Source: an uncultured delta proteobacterium (GTDB lineage: Bacteria; Desulfobacterota; RBG-13-43-22). Taken from it: 64,000 nucleotides of DNA. The notes under the pieces are model-generated. The model searched no databases and was not told where the DNA came from. It worked only from the letters and a program-made list of their open reading frames with translations. The stretch spans positions 56,603 through 120,602 of the forward strand of contig CAVUPH010000024.1 in the NCBI GenBank assembly GCA_963743305.1, read 5' to 3'. The translations under genes were made by a program, and so were the position numbers. Of this stretch, positions 33,391 to 43,483 are shown in pieces; the stretch's first letter is position 1, and each line of letters starts with the position of its first letter.

Positions 33391-33900
33391 TTAGCTGTTT
33401 TTCAGGCGGTCGTTGAAATCCTTCCAGAACTGCCCCTCCTTGTTTTGCCAGTCGGGGCCGAAGCGGGCGTTGAAGAAATTCCCCAGTTTATCGAAGAGCC
33501 GTTTCCAGCCGGGCAGTTGTTCATAGCGGAGGATATCCTCCAGAAAAGGGACGATCTCCCCCATTTTTTCTTTGGGCAGGTAAGCCCGGGCACCCAATTC
33601 AATGGACTGCTGTATCGCTTCCGGGGTCAGGGCATGAGCAGTCAGCATGGCTACCGGAAAATTTCGCACCCGGGCCAGGGAAAGGAGTTCAAACCCCCGC
33701 ACCCCCATGATATCCAACACCACCAGGTCGTAGGTCCAGGAGATCATGAGTTCCTTGGCCAGCTCAAAGGTGCCGGCCTCGTCGATCTGGCAGTCCGGAC
33801 AGGCTTCCTGGATTTCCTCCCGCAGCAGGTCCAACACATCCGGTTCATCATCGACAATCAGCAGACGCAAGTTTTTCAGCAGCGATTCTTTCATAGTCAC
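33391..33900 (-). CDS. Response regulator receiver protein with C-terminal GWxRLF..RFGPDWQ tail
   Basis: IVDDEPD, LDIMGVRG, MLTAH, YLPK. Confidence 0.9.
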   Translation of the reverse strand: MTMKESLLKNLRLLIVDDEPDVLDLLREEIQEACPDCQIDEAGTFELAKELMISWTYDLVVLDIMGVRGFELLSLARVRNFPVAMLTAHALTPEAIQQSIELGARAYLPKEKMGEIVPFLEDILRYEQLPGWKRLFDKLGNFFNARFGPDWQNKEGQFWKDFNDRLKNS

Positions 33901-33940
33901 TCCTCCTTCGATACTTTTTCAGATAATTTTTAAGGAAGGC

Positions 33941-35707
33941 TCACTCGATGTCTTTGAGTTCGACGGCCTTCAGCGCAATGCCGGCCTTCTTCACCTTTCG
34001 GGAAAACTCTTCCAGCAAGGTGTTGAGGGCCAGGCGATGATCTTCCCGGTAAAACAGGAAAAGACCCGTCATTTTCCGTTCGGCCCGGCCGCCTGCCGGA
34101 CCGACCAGGCCCAGGTCCTGAGATACCTGCTCTAAGAGGGCCAGGATTTCCAGCATGGTTTGAAAGCGGTCGTTGGGGTCTTTTCGGGTAGCCCTCCGGA
34201 TAAATCGGACGAGTCCTTCCGGCAAATCAGGGACCCAATTCCGGGGATCGGGAATTTCCCGGGTCAAATGGGATTCCATTATAATGGAAGGATCGTCCTC
34301 GGGAAAAGGCCGCACCCCGGTGATCAGCTCAAAAGTCATGATGCCCAGCGAATAAATGTCGGCCCGGCCGTCAACCATTTCCCCCTCGATCTGTTCCGGA
34401 GAAACATAATGGGGAGTTCCCAGGCCGCAGAGGGTATCCGTGCCCGGGGGACAGGCCAAACCGAAATCCAGGATTTTTAACTGATCGGTCGAGGGCAGAA
34501 AAATGTTGGCCGGCTTGACGTCCAGATGAACCAGCCCTTTATTATGGGCGTATTCCAATCCATAAACAATCGGATACAGCAATTCCAAAACCTGTTTGAT
34601 CGGCAGCGGCCCGACTTTCGAAAGGAGAACGTCCAGCGGGATTCCCTCCAGATATTCCATGATAATAAACAGGGTTCGATACCGCTCTTCAAAGTCGTAG
34701 ACCTTGACGATATTCGAGTGATTCAAGGCGGCCACGGTCCTGGCCTCCTGGCGAAAATTCCGGATAAAATCCGGATCCATGGCCATATCGTGTTTCATCA
34801 TTTTGATGGCCACCGGCATTTCGAGGTCCAGGTGTCGCCCTTTATAGACGATGCTGTAGCCCCCCTGGCCGATAATATCGGTGATCAAATATTTGCCGAT
34901 CGTCCGGTCGGCGGTGATATTGGAGGAAGCAAAACGGTAGGCTACCAGTTCGGTGAGGAATTCCCGCAAATCGGGATGTTCCGTGGAGAGGAGGTCAAAT
35001 CGCTCCTTGGTCAATCCCCAGAGCACCAGATCGGTCTCGGCCGTCACCCGGGCGTTGCGGGGTTCCCCGGTAAGCACCGCCATCTCACCGACCACATCCC
35101 CTTCCCGAAGACGGGAAATAAATATCAGTTCCCCGCCCTTTTCCAGATGAACCACGCAGGACCCCTGCTGGATAATAAAAAAAGTGTCTCCGGGATCTCC
35201 CTGGTTGATCAACCGTTCCCCGGCCGGAAGCGACACCCGGAAAATGCTGTTCAGCACAGGTGAGACCGCCTTGCGGGGGATAGCCCTCAGCAGCTTGGTG
35301 CGAATAAAAAATTCATAATCGGCCGTCAAGGGGCGAGGGGTATTTATCTTATCCAGAGCGTTGGGGATAAGCCATCTTTGATCCGCCGGATGGAGGTCCA
35401 GGCCTAAGTGAAAAAATCCTTGTTTTTGATTCACCGGGGCGCACCAGACGACTTGGCCCTGAAAAGGACTCCAGATTTTGTCTTTGGGGGAGTAGACTTC
35501 CAGGCCGATGGGAGTCCCCTCCTCCAGGGCGGAATCGGTCAGGGCCAAAAACCCGGTTTGGCTTTCATTGAGGAGATCTACAAAATGAGGAACCCCGTCC
35601 GTTGACGCCGGAGAAGACGGATCCTTGGGGGAATAATAAAGGGCGCCTATTTTCGGGACTGACCGTCCTTCCCTGGCCGAACGGCGCCGTTCCGTTTGAG
35701 GATACAT
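33941..35707 (-). CDS. PilZ-like / cyclic-nucleotide-binding / Ser-Thr protein kinase
   Basis: ERRRSAR..LNESQTG, GEMAVLTGEPRNARV, GQGGYS, VAIK, HLDVKPAN, DFG, SPE. Confidence 0.9.
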   Translation of the reverse strand: MYPQTERRRSAREGRSVPKIGALYYSPKDPSSPASTDGVPHFVDLLNESQTGFLALTDSALEEGTPIGLEVYSPKDKIWSPFQGQVVWCAPVNQKQGFFHLGLDLHPADQRWLIPNALDKINTPRPLTADYEFFIRTKLLRAIPRKAVSPVLNSIFRVSLPAGERLINQGDPGDTFFIIQQGSCVVHLEKGGELIFISRLREGDVVGEMAVLTGEPRNARVTAETDLVLWGLTKERFDLLSTEHPDLREFLTELVAYRFASSNITADRTIGKYLITDIIGQGGYSIVYKGRHLDLEMPVAIKMMKHDMAMDPDFIRNFRQEARTVAALNHSNIVKVYDFEERYRTLFIIMEYLEGIPLDVLLSKVGPLPIKQVLELLYPIVYGLEYAHNKGLVHLDVKPANIFLPSTDQLKILDFGLACPPGTDTLCGLGTPHYVSPEQIEGEMVDGRADIYSLGIMTFELITGVRPFPEDDPSIIMESHLTREIPDPRNWVPDLPEGLVRFIRRATRKDPNDRFQTMLEILALLEQVSQDLGLVGPAGGRAERKMTGLFLFYREDHRLALNTLLEEFSRKVKKAGIALKAVELKDIE

Positions 35708-35816
35708 GCTTCTCCTCCTGCTTCCGCGGGGGCAAGATGCTATAGGTATTATACCGGGAATTCGTCCTTACCTCGTTCGGAATTGAAATAAGAACTCGAA
35801 TAGTTCTGGTTGGGGT

Positions 35817-36362
35817 TTAATAGAACCCCAGCTTCTGGCCCGGCGTTTCCACGTAAGATTTGCCGTCGGTTTTCAATTTTTCATTAAATTCCTTCCAAAA
35901 GGGTTCATCATCCATTTGCCAATCCGGTCCAAAGCGCCGGCTGAAATAATCGCCCAACCGTTCAAACAGGCGCCGCCAACCTGTGATCGGTTCGTGGGCT
36001 AGGACATCCTCCAGGAAGGGAACTATTTCTCCGATCTTTTCTTTCGGCAGATAGGCCCGGGCGCCCTGTTCGATGGCTTTCTTCAGGGTTTCGGGAGATA
36101 AAGCATGGGCCGTGAGCATCACCACCGGAAATTTTCGCTTCACCGCCTGGGTCAGGAGGTCAAAGCCCCGAACGCCCATGATATCCAAAATGACCAGATC
36201 GTAGGTAATCGAGCCAAGCAAATCCATGGCCCACTCGTACGTCTCGGCCTTGTTCACCCGACAGTTCGTACAGGCCTCGCCGATCTCTTCCTCCAGCAGG
36301 CTGAGAATGTCCGGCTCGTCATCTACAATCAAGATATTTCTATTCTGAAGCTTGGAGTCCAT
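35817..36362 (-). CDS. Response regulator receiver protein (paralog of 33391..33900)
   Basis: Same receiver motifs and RFGPDWQ tail. Confidence 0.9.
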   Translation of the reverse strand: MDSKLQNRNILIVDDEPDILSLLEEEIGEACTNCRVNKAETYEWAMDLLGSITYDLVILDIMGVRGFDLLTQAVKRKFPVVMLTAHALSPETLKKAIEQGARAYLPKEKIGEIVPFLEDVLAHEPITGWRRLFERLGDYFSRRFGPDWQMDDEPFWKEFNEKLKTDGKSYVETPGQKLGFY

Positions 36363-36367
36363 GCCCC

Positions 36368-36556
36368 TTATCCTTTCTTGATTTCTTCCTGAAAATCCCG
36401 TCAGAATTTCTCGTCATTTTTTTGCCAGTCCGGACCGAACCGCTGGTCGAAAAAATCCCCTAATTTTTCCAGAAGCCTCTTCCTGCCGGGTGGGGCGTCA
36501 TGACGAAAGAGGTCCTCCAAGAACGGCAAGATTGCACCGAGCTTCTCTTTGGGGAG
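36368..36556 (-). pseudogene. Remnant of a fourth receiver paralog (C-terminal half only)
   Basis: Translates LPKEKLGAILPFLEDL...LGDFFDQRFGPDWQKNDEKF*RDFQEEIKKG*. The conserved Trp codon is TGA and there is no N-terminal half. Confidence 0.8.
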
Positions 36557-36564
36557 AGCTGCTG

Positions 36565-37872
36565 TTATTTAATTACCACCCGGTCGAAGCGGCCCCCGAT
36601 TTGGCCCGAAAAAGAGTTCCAGAACCGGGTATCCTTCTGCTGCCAATCCGGGCCGAAACGGCGGTCAAAAAAATCTCCCATGCGGCCGAACAGGCGATTC
36701 CAACCCTCTTCATTTTCGTATAGCAGGATATCCTCCAGGAAGGGAACCACATCCCCCAGTTTCTCCTTGGGCAGATAGGCCCGGGCGCCCTTCTCAATGG
36801 ACTTTTTCAGGGACTCCGCGGACAAGGCATGGGCCGTCAACATGGCCACCGGCAACCCTCGTCTTTTGGCCTCGTCCAGCAGCTCGAAACCCCGGACCCC
36901 CATAATGTCCAGGATCACCAGATCGAATGGTTCCTTGGCCAGATACTCCATGGCCTGATCATAGTTCGTGGCCCGTAGAATCCGACATCCCCGGCATTCC
37001 GCGTTAATCTCTTCCTCCAAGATATCCAGAACATCGGGTTCATCGTCCACCGCTAAGATAGATTTATCGTTCAGAATTGAATCCTTACCCATTGTCGACT
37101 CCTTTCTACGGTATAGAGGGGGAATGATAACGGTGAAGGTTGTACCCGCCCCTTCCCGACTTTTCAATGTGATTTCACCTCCCATGGCCTCGACCAGAGT
37201 CTTCACACCGGCCAAGCCCAGGCCCAACCCCGCCAAAGGAAAGACGGCAGCCGGCTCCAATTGAACAAATCGACCAAAAATCGTTTTCTGCCCCTCGGTC
37301 GAGATCCCCGGTCCGTCATCTTCTACCTGAATGACTAAATCCGCCTCTCCGGCAATCTGAATCCGTACTTTTTTTCGGCGGTATTTCAAGGCGTTGCTGA
37401 TCAGGTTGCGCAGTATTTGCTGGATCTTTCGTTGGTCATGGCAAAAAAAAGAGCTACAGAATCTTCCTTCGACCTGAAAGAAAATCCCCTGGGATTCCAA
37501 GAGGGTCTGAAATTCATGGGGTTGGACGGCTTGGAGAAGCCGATCATGAATCTGGGGCAGCGTTACCCCCAGGGCATCCATCAAGGCCTCCCGCAAAGCC
37601 GGTTCCAGGTAGAAATATTCCCGTTGGAAAATCCCCTCCTCGGAGCGCAGGATTTCAATCATCTCCTGGATCAAGCACTGGGACTTTTGGACGTTCCGGG
37701 CGATTCGCTCCATAACCTGACTCTGTTTTTCATTCAAAGGCCCGTACCGTTCCCCTCGATGGAGGAGGTTATGGACACTGGTGGCCGCAACCGCCAAGGG
37801 ACTGCGCAGGTCATGGATGAGCAGGTCAAAAAGACGTTCCTTATCCTGGAAAGGGTATTTATCCCGGTTCAT
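36565..37872 (-). CDS. Histidine kinase (HisKA + HATPase) read in frame with a receiver domain
   Basis: HDLRSPL, NLISNALKY, VEDDGPGI, GLGLGL, then AVDDEPD receiver. An SD (AAGGAG) precedes internal ATG 37093, so this may be two genes. Confidence 0.8.
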   Translation of the reverse strand: MNRDKYPFQDKERLFDLLIHDLRSPLAVAATSVHNLLHRGERYGPLNEKQSQVMERIARNVQKSQCLIQEMIEILRSEEGIFQREYFYLEPALREALMDALGVTLPQIHDRLLQAVQPHEFQTLLESQGIFFQVEGRFCSSFFCHDQRKIQQILRNLISNALKYRRKKVRIQIAGEADLVIQVEDDGPGISTEGQKTIFGRFVQLEPAAVFPLAGLGLGLAGVKTLVEAMGGEITLKSREGAGTTFTVIIPPLYRRKESTMGKDSILNDKSILAVDDEPDVLDILEEEINAECRGCRILRATNYDQAMEYLAKEPFDLVILDIMGVRGFELLDEAKRRGLPVAMLTAHALSAESLKKSIEKGARAYLPKEKLGDVVPFLEDILLYENEEGWNRLFGRMGDFFDRRFGPDWQQKDTRFWNSFSGQIGGRFDRVVIK

Positions 37873-38400
37873 AGCGCTCCTGATGGTTCCGAGGCTACCA
37901 GAGGGTTTTCGAAGTTCCCCTCGGGCATGGAGAAGGTTAAAGTAAATAAAGTGCCTCCGTTGGACAGGCAGTCCTCCGGCCCGAGGCAAAACCGGCAAAG
38001 AGAGATCTTGCCGGGGCAGAGGTCCTCTTTCCGGGCTAAATGGCGGCACCGTTCGCTTTGAATCCCCGACCTCAAAACCGAAGCGCCGGCCGGCAGCCTG
38101 GTCCGCAGCAGGTCCATTCCTTTCGCCTCGGCTTTAAATTCGGCAAGGGCTTCTTGGAAGACAAAGGACGGTTTCCTGGGTCTGAAACAGACCGTCCAAA
38201 AGATACTTCTGAGTCCTCCCGGCTGATCCAGTCCGCGTCTTGAACGTCCCAGTAGTACCCGCGGATTGCAGCATGCGGGATTGTTCCCGGTAAAAATGGA
38301 ACAGCCGCCCGTCCTCATTGCGGCGACTGGCCTTCCGCCGATCCTGGGGATTCGGTGTGGGATTCGGATCACTGCCTGCTGGAGACTCGGGAAAAACCAT
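37869..38400 (-). CDS. Hypothetical protein, apparently frameshifted, first gene of the kinase operon
   Basis: Overlapping ORF pieces 38134..38478 and 37869..38372. Stop overlaps the kinase ATG (ATGA). Confidence 0.35.
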
Positions 38401-38556
38401 GGCCTTCTTCCGCACCGACGTCTGAATATTCTGAAGGGCTGAAATGTTCCTTTCCCTCGGGTCGTTCAGAATGACCAAAAAAGATTTTTAGGATAGGATT
38501 AATTTAGCTCAAGAATTTGTTTTTATCAACTTCTTTTCAAGCGATACCGGGAAATC

Positions 38557-38585
38557 TTGACAGTCCGGGGAGATTCGATTATAAA
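38557..38585 (+). promoter_or_regulatory. Sigma-70 promoter of the bio operon
   Basis: TTGACA-N17-TATAAA. Confidence 0.75.
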
Positions 38586-38615
38586 TGTAAACCATATTGA
38601 ACAAATTGGTTAACA
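38586..38615. promoter_or_regulatory. BirA operator
   Basis: TGTAAACC-N14-GGTTAACA palindrome directly after the -10 and upstream of bioB. Confidence 0.88.
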
Positions 38616-38628
38616 GACAGGAGAAGTC

Positions 38629-39621
38629 TTGAATCTATCCCCTTTGGCCGATTACGGCCGGAAAGTGATGTCTGGCGAGGCTCTCACCAAAGAAGAAGCC
38701 CGACGGGTAGCCCGCTTAAAAACGCCGGAAGATATTATGGAACTGCTCTTTTGGGCGAATCAGGTACGGCATCTTCACAAAGGAAGAACGGTCGATCTAT
38801 GCGCCATCATCAACGCCAAGTCCGGGAGCTGTTCGGAGGACTGTACCTTTTGCGCCCAATCTTCCCATTATCCGGCCAGGACCAAAAAGTATCCCCTGCT
38901 GAGCGAATCCGACCTCCTGGAGGCCGCCGGCCGGGCCAGGTCCCTGGGGGCGGCCCGGTTCAGTCTGGTCACCAGCGGCCGTTCCCTGCTGAGTCCGAAG
39001 GAATTGGACCGGATCTGTCGGGTGGTCTCCCACCTGGGGGAAAAGAAGAAAATCAGCCCCTGCGCCTCTCTGGGCCTATTGACCCCGGAACAGGCCGGGT
39101 CTTTAAAGAAAGCCGGGCTTGTCCGCTACCATCACAATCTTGAGACCGGCCCGCGGCATTACCCATCCATTTGCACGACCCACTCTTTCTCCGATCGCCT
39201 GGCCACGCTCCGCACCGCCCGGGAGGCCGGCTTCGATCTTTGTTCCGGAGGAATTTTCGGATTGGGCGAAACACTGAACGACCGGGTGGAGCTGGCCTTC
39301 ATTCTCAAAAAAATGAAGGTGGACTCGGTGCCCTTGAATTTTTTGAATCCTATCCCCGGGACGCCGCTGGCCTCCCAGCCGCCCCTTTCGCCGCTGGAGA
39401 TTTTGAAATCTATCGCTTTGTTCCGTTTGATCCTGCCCCAAGCCGACATCCGCACCTGCGGGGGCCGAGAAAAAGGGCTGCGAACCCTGCAGCCGCTGAT
39501 GTACCTGGCCGGCTGTAACGGGACCATGATTGGGAATTATCTGACCACCGAGGGGCGGAACCCGGAAACGGATATACAGGAAATAATCGACCTGGGGCTT
39601 ACGCCCAGGGTGCAGGTATAA
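38629..39621 (+). CDS. bioB: Biotin synthase
   Basis: NAKSGSCSEDCTFCAQS radical SAM motif, YHHNLET, CSGGIFGLGE, GNYLTT. Confidence 0.96.
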   Translation: MNLSPLADYGRKVMSGEALTKEEARRVARLKTPEDIMELLFWANQVRHLHKGRTVDLCAIINAKSGSCSEDCTFCAQSSHYPARTKKYPLLSESDLLEAAGRARSLGAARFSLVTSGRSLLSPKELDRICRVVSHLGEKKKISPCASLGLLTPEQAGSLKKAGLVRYHHNLETGPRHYPSICTTHSFSDRLATLRTAREAGFDLCSGGIFGLGETLNDRVELAFILKKMKVDSVPLNFLNPIPGTPLASQPPLSPLEILKSIALFRLILPQADIRTCGGREKGLRTLQPLMYLAGCNGTMIGNYLTTEGRNPETDIQEIIDLGLTPRVQV

Positions 39622-39622
39622 G

Positions 39623-41104
39623 ATGGAAGACGGAAGAAGGAAGAGGGAAGAAAAAAAACGGCGGGAAAAGAGTAACCCGGCCTCTTTGGCGCTCAGCGCT
39701 CAGCGCTCAGCTCTTAGCGCTTTGCGTGAAAAAACTGAACCCGCTCAAGAGCGGAACCAAAAGAAACTAGCCCGCTGGGATCATCACTATCTGTGGCACC
39801 CTTTTACTCCCCAGCAGTATTGGGAAAGGGAAGAACCGTTGATCATCGAGCGCGGTCGGGGCTTCTATCTTTATGATACCCGGGGTAATCGCTATATCGA
39901 CGGCGTTTCCTCCCTCTGGGTAACCGTACACGGGCATGGCCACCCGAAACTGAATCGGGCCATAAAGGCTCAACTCACCCGGGTTGCCCATTCTACCCTC
40001 CTCGGCCTTTCCCACCCGCCGGCCATTACCCTGGCCAGGGAGCTCATTCAGGCGGCGCCCAAAGGTCTGCAACGGGTCTTCTATTCCGACGCCGGATCTA
40101 CCGCGGTGGAGGTCGCCCTGAAGATGGCTTACCAATTCTGGGCGAATCAGGGGCGGCGGGACAAAAAAACCTTCCTCTGCTTGGAAAATGCCTACCACGG
40201 GGATACGCTGGGGGCCGTCAGCGTGGGAGGCATCCCGCTGTTTCACCAGGTCTATCAGCCCCTGCTCTTTAAAACGGTTCAAGCCCCTTCCCCCTACTGT
40301 TACCGCTGCCCTCTCCGAAAAAGACCGTCTACCTGCCGGAACCAATGCCTGGAAAGGCTGGAGCAAATCATGGCCCGGCGACATCGCTCCCTGGCCGCCT
40401 TTATTCTGGAACCGCTGGTTCAAGGAGCGGCTGGGATGATCACCTTCCCCTCCGGGTACTTGAAAAGGGCGCGCGAACTATGTGATCATTATAAAATCCT
40501 GATGATCGCCGATGAGGTGGCCGTGGGTTTTGGCCGGACCGGGACCCTTTTTGCCTGTGACCAGGAAAAAGTAACCCCGGACCTGCTCTGCCTGGGAAAA
40601 GGGATTACCGGCGGGTATCTTCCCCTGGCGGCCACTTTGACCACCGAACCCCTGTACCAGGCCTTTTTAGGTCCGGTGGAGGCCCTAAAAACTTTTTACC
40701 ACGGACACACTTACACAGGGAATCCTTTGGCCTGTGCTGCGGCGCTTGAGAATCTAAGTCTGATGCGCGAACAGAATTTTTTTAAAAAACTTCAAGAAAA
40801 GATTCTGTATATGAAAAGTCTCCTGGAACCTTTTGACGGACTGAGACAGGTGGGGGAGGTCCGACAGAAGGGGTTGATGGTGGGCATCGAACTGGTTCAA
40901 GACAAAGAATCCAAAATCCCTTACCCGCTGGAAACCCGCCTGGGTCATCGGGTTATTCTCGAGGCCCGGAATCAGGGGATCATCATCCGTCCCTTGGGAG
41001 ACATCATCGTTCTCCTGCCGCCACTGGGTATCTCGCTGCCGGGCTTGAAACAGTTGGTTCAGGGAACCTACCGGGCCATCGCCGAGGTGACCGGGGCTGG
41101 CTAA
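39623..41104 (+). CDS. bioA: Adenosylmethionine-8-amino-7-oxononanoate aminotransferase (true start probably ~39722)
   Basis: LWHPFT, DGVSSLW, AYHGDT, DEVAVGFGRTG, GKGITGGYLP, HGHTYTGNP. Confidence 0.95.
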   Translation: MEDGRRKREEKKRREKSNPASLALSAQRSALSALREKTEPAQERNQKKLARWDHHYLWHPFTPQQYWEREEPLIIERGRGFYLYDTRGNRYIDGVSSLWVTVHGHGHPKLNRAIKAQLTRVAHSTLLGLSHPPAITLARELIQAAPKGLQRVFYSDAGSTAVEVALKMAYQFWANQGRRDKKTFLCLENAYHGDTLGAVSVGGIPLFHQVYQPLLFKTVQAPSPYCYRCPLRKRPSTCRNQCLERLEQIMARRHRSLAAFILEPLVQGAAGMITFPSGYLKRARELCDHYKILMIADEVAVGFGRTGTLFACDQEKVTPDLLCLGKGITGGYLPLAATLTTEPLYQAFLGPVEALKTFYHGHTYTGNPLACAAALENLSLMREQNFFKKLQEKILYMKSLLEPFDGLRQVGEVRQKGLMVGIELVQDKESKIPYPLETRLGHRVILEARNQGIIIRPLGDIIVLLPPLGISLPGLKQLVQGTYRAIAEVTGAG

Positions 41105-41149
41105 ATTTAGTGGAACGTTCGATGTTCAATGTTCGACGTTCATTACTGT

Positions 41150-42322
41150 ATGATTCCTGATTCTTTCCTTCGATTCTATAAAGCGGAGCTGACCCGTCTA
41201 CGCCAGCATGGCCTGTACCGCTCGTTGCGTGTGGTGCAGGGCCCGATCGGTCCGACTATCCACATCGATGGCCGGTCCCTGATCCAGTTTTCCTCCAATG
41301 ACTATTTAGGGCTGGCCACCCATCCCCGGATGATCGAAGAGGCCGAGGCCGTCACGAGACAACTGGGGACCGGTATGGGGGCCTCCCGGCTGATTTCCGG
41401 AAATCAACAAAACCATGCCCAACTGGAAAAGGAATTGGCTCTTTTCAAGGAAACCGGGGCGACCCTGATATTCTCCTCGGGTTATCTCACCCATATCGGG
41501 ACCATTCCCGCACTGGTGGGGGAAGGTGATTTGATCTTCAGCGATGCCCTCAACCACGCCAGTTTGGTGGATGCCTGCCGCCTCAGTTCGGCCAAAGTGG
41601 AAATTTACCCTCACTTGCAATTTGATTTTATAGAAAAACGGCTCCAGGGTACCCCCCCTAAACCCGGCACCCGGATACTCATAGCCACGGACGGGGTTTT
41701 CAGCATGGACGGCGACCTGGCACCGCTTCCGGAACTGATGAAGCTGTCTGAAAAATTCGGCGCTCTGGTTCTGGTCGATGACGCCCATGCCACCGGGGTT
41801 TTGGGTCCCCAGGGGGAAGGCTCAGCCGTATACTGGCAACTGGACCCGGAGGGACTGTTGACCATGGGGACTTTCAGCAAGGCCCTGGGGTCCCTGGGCG
41901 GTTTTATTAGCGGTCCTGAAACGGTGATCGATTACCTGCGCAACACCGCTCGAACCTTCTTCTATTCCACGGCCCTACCCCCCTCGGTCTGCGCGGCCGC
42001 CCGGTGCGCTTTGCGTCTGCTGGCGGAAGAACCCGAACGACTCCAAACGCTCCGGAATAATATCGTCTATTGTCAACAAGGGCTGAAAAAGATCGGGATC
42101 AATCCTTCCGTTCATCCGGTCCCGATCATCCCGATCATCGTGGGGTCGGAGGACAAGGCCCTGCATCTTTCCCAAGCTCTATGGGACCGGGGGCTCTATA
42201 TACCGGCCATCCGCCCGCCCACCGTTCCGCCCAACCAGTGCCGGCTACGGATCAGCCTGATGGCCACCCATACCCGGGAACACCTGGATGAGCTCTTGGA
42301 GGCGCTGCGAGAGCTGCTATAA
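41150..42322 (+). CDS. bioF: 8-amino-7-oxononanoate synthase
   Basis: FSSNDYLGL, GASRLISG, NHASLVD, VFSMDGD, DDAH, TFSKALG, IRPPTVP. Confidence 0.95.
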   Translation: MIPDSFLRFYKAELTRLRQHGLYRSLRVVQGPIGPTIHIDGRSLIQFSSNDYLGLATHPRMIEEAEAVTRQLGTGMGASRLISGNQQNHAQLEKELALFKETGATLIFSSGYLTHIGTIPALVGEGDLIFSDALNHASLVDACRLSSAKVEIYPHLQFDFIEKRLQGTPPKPGTRILIATDGVFSMDGDLAPLPELMKLSEKFGALVLVDDAHATGVLGPQGEGSAVYWQLDPEGLLTMGTFSKALGSLGGFISGPETVIDYLRNTARTFFYSTALPPSVCAAARCALRLLAEEPERLQTLRNNIVYCQQGLKKIGINPSVHPVPIIPIIVGSEDKALHLSQALWDRGLYIPAIRPPTVPPNQCRLRISLMATHTREHLDELLEALRELL

Positions 42323-42385
42323 TACCGAAACCTATTCCAGCTTGGGAGAGCGGAAGCTCAGAATTTGGGGCTGTTTTCTGAGGCT

Positions 42386-42422
42386 CCCTCCCCCCCTCGA
42401 GGGAGAGGGTTGGGGTGAGGGG
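42386..42422. repeat. REP-like palindrome CCCTCCCCC..GGGAGAGGG..GGGGTGAGGGG
   Basis: Hairpin-forming GC-rich element in the bioF-bioD spacer. Confidence 0.6.
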
Positions 42423-42473
42423 ACCTCTCTGTCTGGTTCAACAATTTACCTCATGAAAGATAAGCGACAACCC

Positions 42474-43217
42474 ATGAATCAAAAACGATCGACCCCGCGG
42501 ACCAATTCCGGCCTTTTCATCACCGGAACCGACACCGGCGTGGGAAAGACCATCGTTTCCGCCGCCCTGATCCTGGCCTTAAAAAAACAGGGGATCGACT
42601 GCGGCTACTTCAAGCCGGTGGCCAGCGGAGCGGAAAAAACCAAGACCGGGTGGCTGTCCCCGGACCTGCGGCTGATCCTGAATACCACCGGGCTGATGGA
42701 TCCTCCGCCTTTGATGAATCCGGTCTGCCTCGTTCCCCCCCTGGCCCCACTGCCGGCCGCTGAATACTCCGGGGTCGAATGGTCTCGATCTATAATCAAT
42801 AAAGCCCTCAAACTTCTCCGGAGTTATCACGACTTCCTGGTGGTGGAAGGGGTGGGTGGGCTGATGGTGCCTTTGAAAAGAAAGTACTGGGTGATCGACT
42901 TGATTAAACAAGTGGGCTTCCCGGTCCTGGTCATCGGACGCCCGGGACTGGGCACTATCAATCATACCCTGATGACCCTGACCATGCTTAAACTGCACGG
43001 GATCAAAGTGGTGGGATTTTTGTTTAACGGGCAAAAAGGCAAACCCGGCCTGGCCGAAAAAACCGCCCCTCAAATTATCCAAGACTATTCAAAAATCCCC
43101 TATTGGGGGACCCTGCCCTGGGACCCAAGGGTGTCCGAAGAAAAATTTCGGCTGGGTTCAATTCCCGACAGGTTGGAAGCGATACTGAAAAAGAACTGGC
43201 GCCCGAATAAATCATGA
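42474..43217 (+). CDS. bioD: Dethiobiotin synthase
   Basis: FITGTDTGVGKT, FKPVASG, VEGVGG, LGTINHT. Confidence 0.95.
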   Translation: MNQKRSTPRTNSGLFITGTDTGVGKTIVSAALILALKKQGIDCGYFKPVASGAEKTKTGWLSPDLRLILNTTGLMDPPPLMNPVCLVPPLAPLPAAEYSGVEWSRSIINKALKLLRSYHDFLVVEGVGGLMVPLKRKYWVIDLIKQVGFPVLVIGRPGLGTINHTLMTLTMLKLHGIKVVGFLFNGQKGKPGLAEKTAPQIIQDYSKIPYWGTLPWDPRVSEEKFRLGSIPDRLEAILKKNWRPNKS

Positions 43218-43483
43218 AACTCTGCCTGACTTTCCTGGAAGGGACCCGGACCTGCGCCCGTTGCGGTCTAAGAAAAATCGACCTGGATTTTGCCGGGCAG
43301 ACGCTGGAAGATCTGATGCGCTTGCTCCCGGAGAATCTGGGTCCGGAGGTGGAAAACGACTTAAAAGATCCGGCGTTGCAACTGATTCTCAACGGCCGGA
43401 TTCTGGCTGCCCCCTTTGATCGGCGAGAGGAATTGCATCCCGAAGATCAGCTCACTTTTTTGAAGGCCCTCGATGGAGGCTGA
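43214..43483 (+). CDS. MoaD/ThiS-family ubiquitin-like protein
   Basis: 89 aa, LILNGR, C-terminal GG, ATGA overlap with the bioD stop. Confidence 0.8.
   Translation: MKLCLTFLEGTRTCARCGLRKIDLDFAGQTLEDLMRLLPENLGPEVENDLKDPALQLILNGRILAAPFDRREELHPEDQLTFLKALDGG

Noticed and set aside
36398-36406. In-frame TGA as possible selenocysteine or recoding
   Set aside because: It replaces a conserved Trp in a fragment with no start codon; simple decay.
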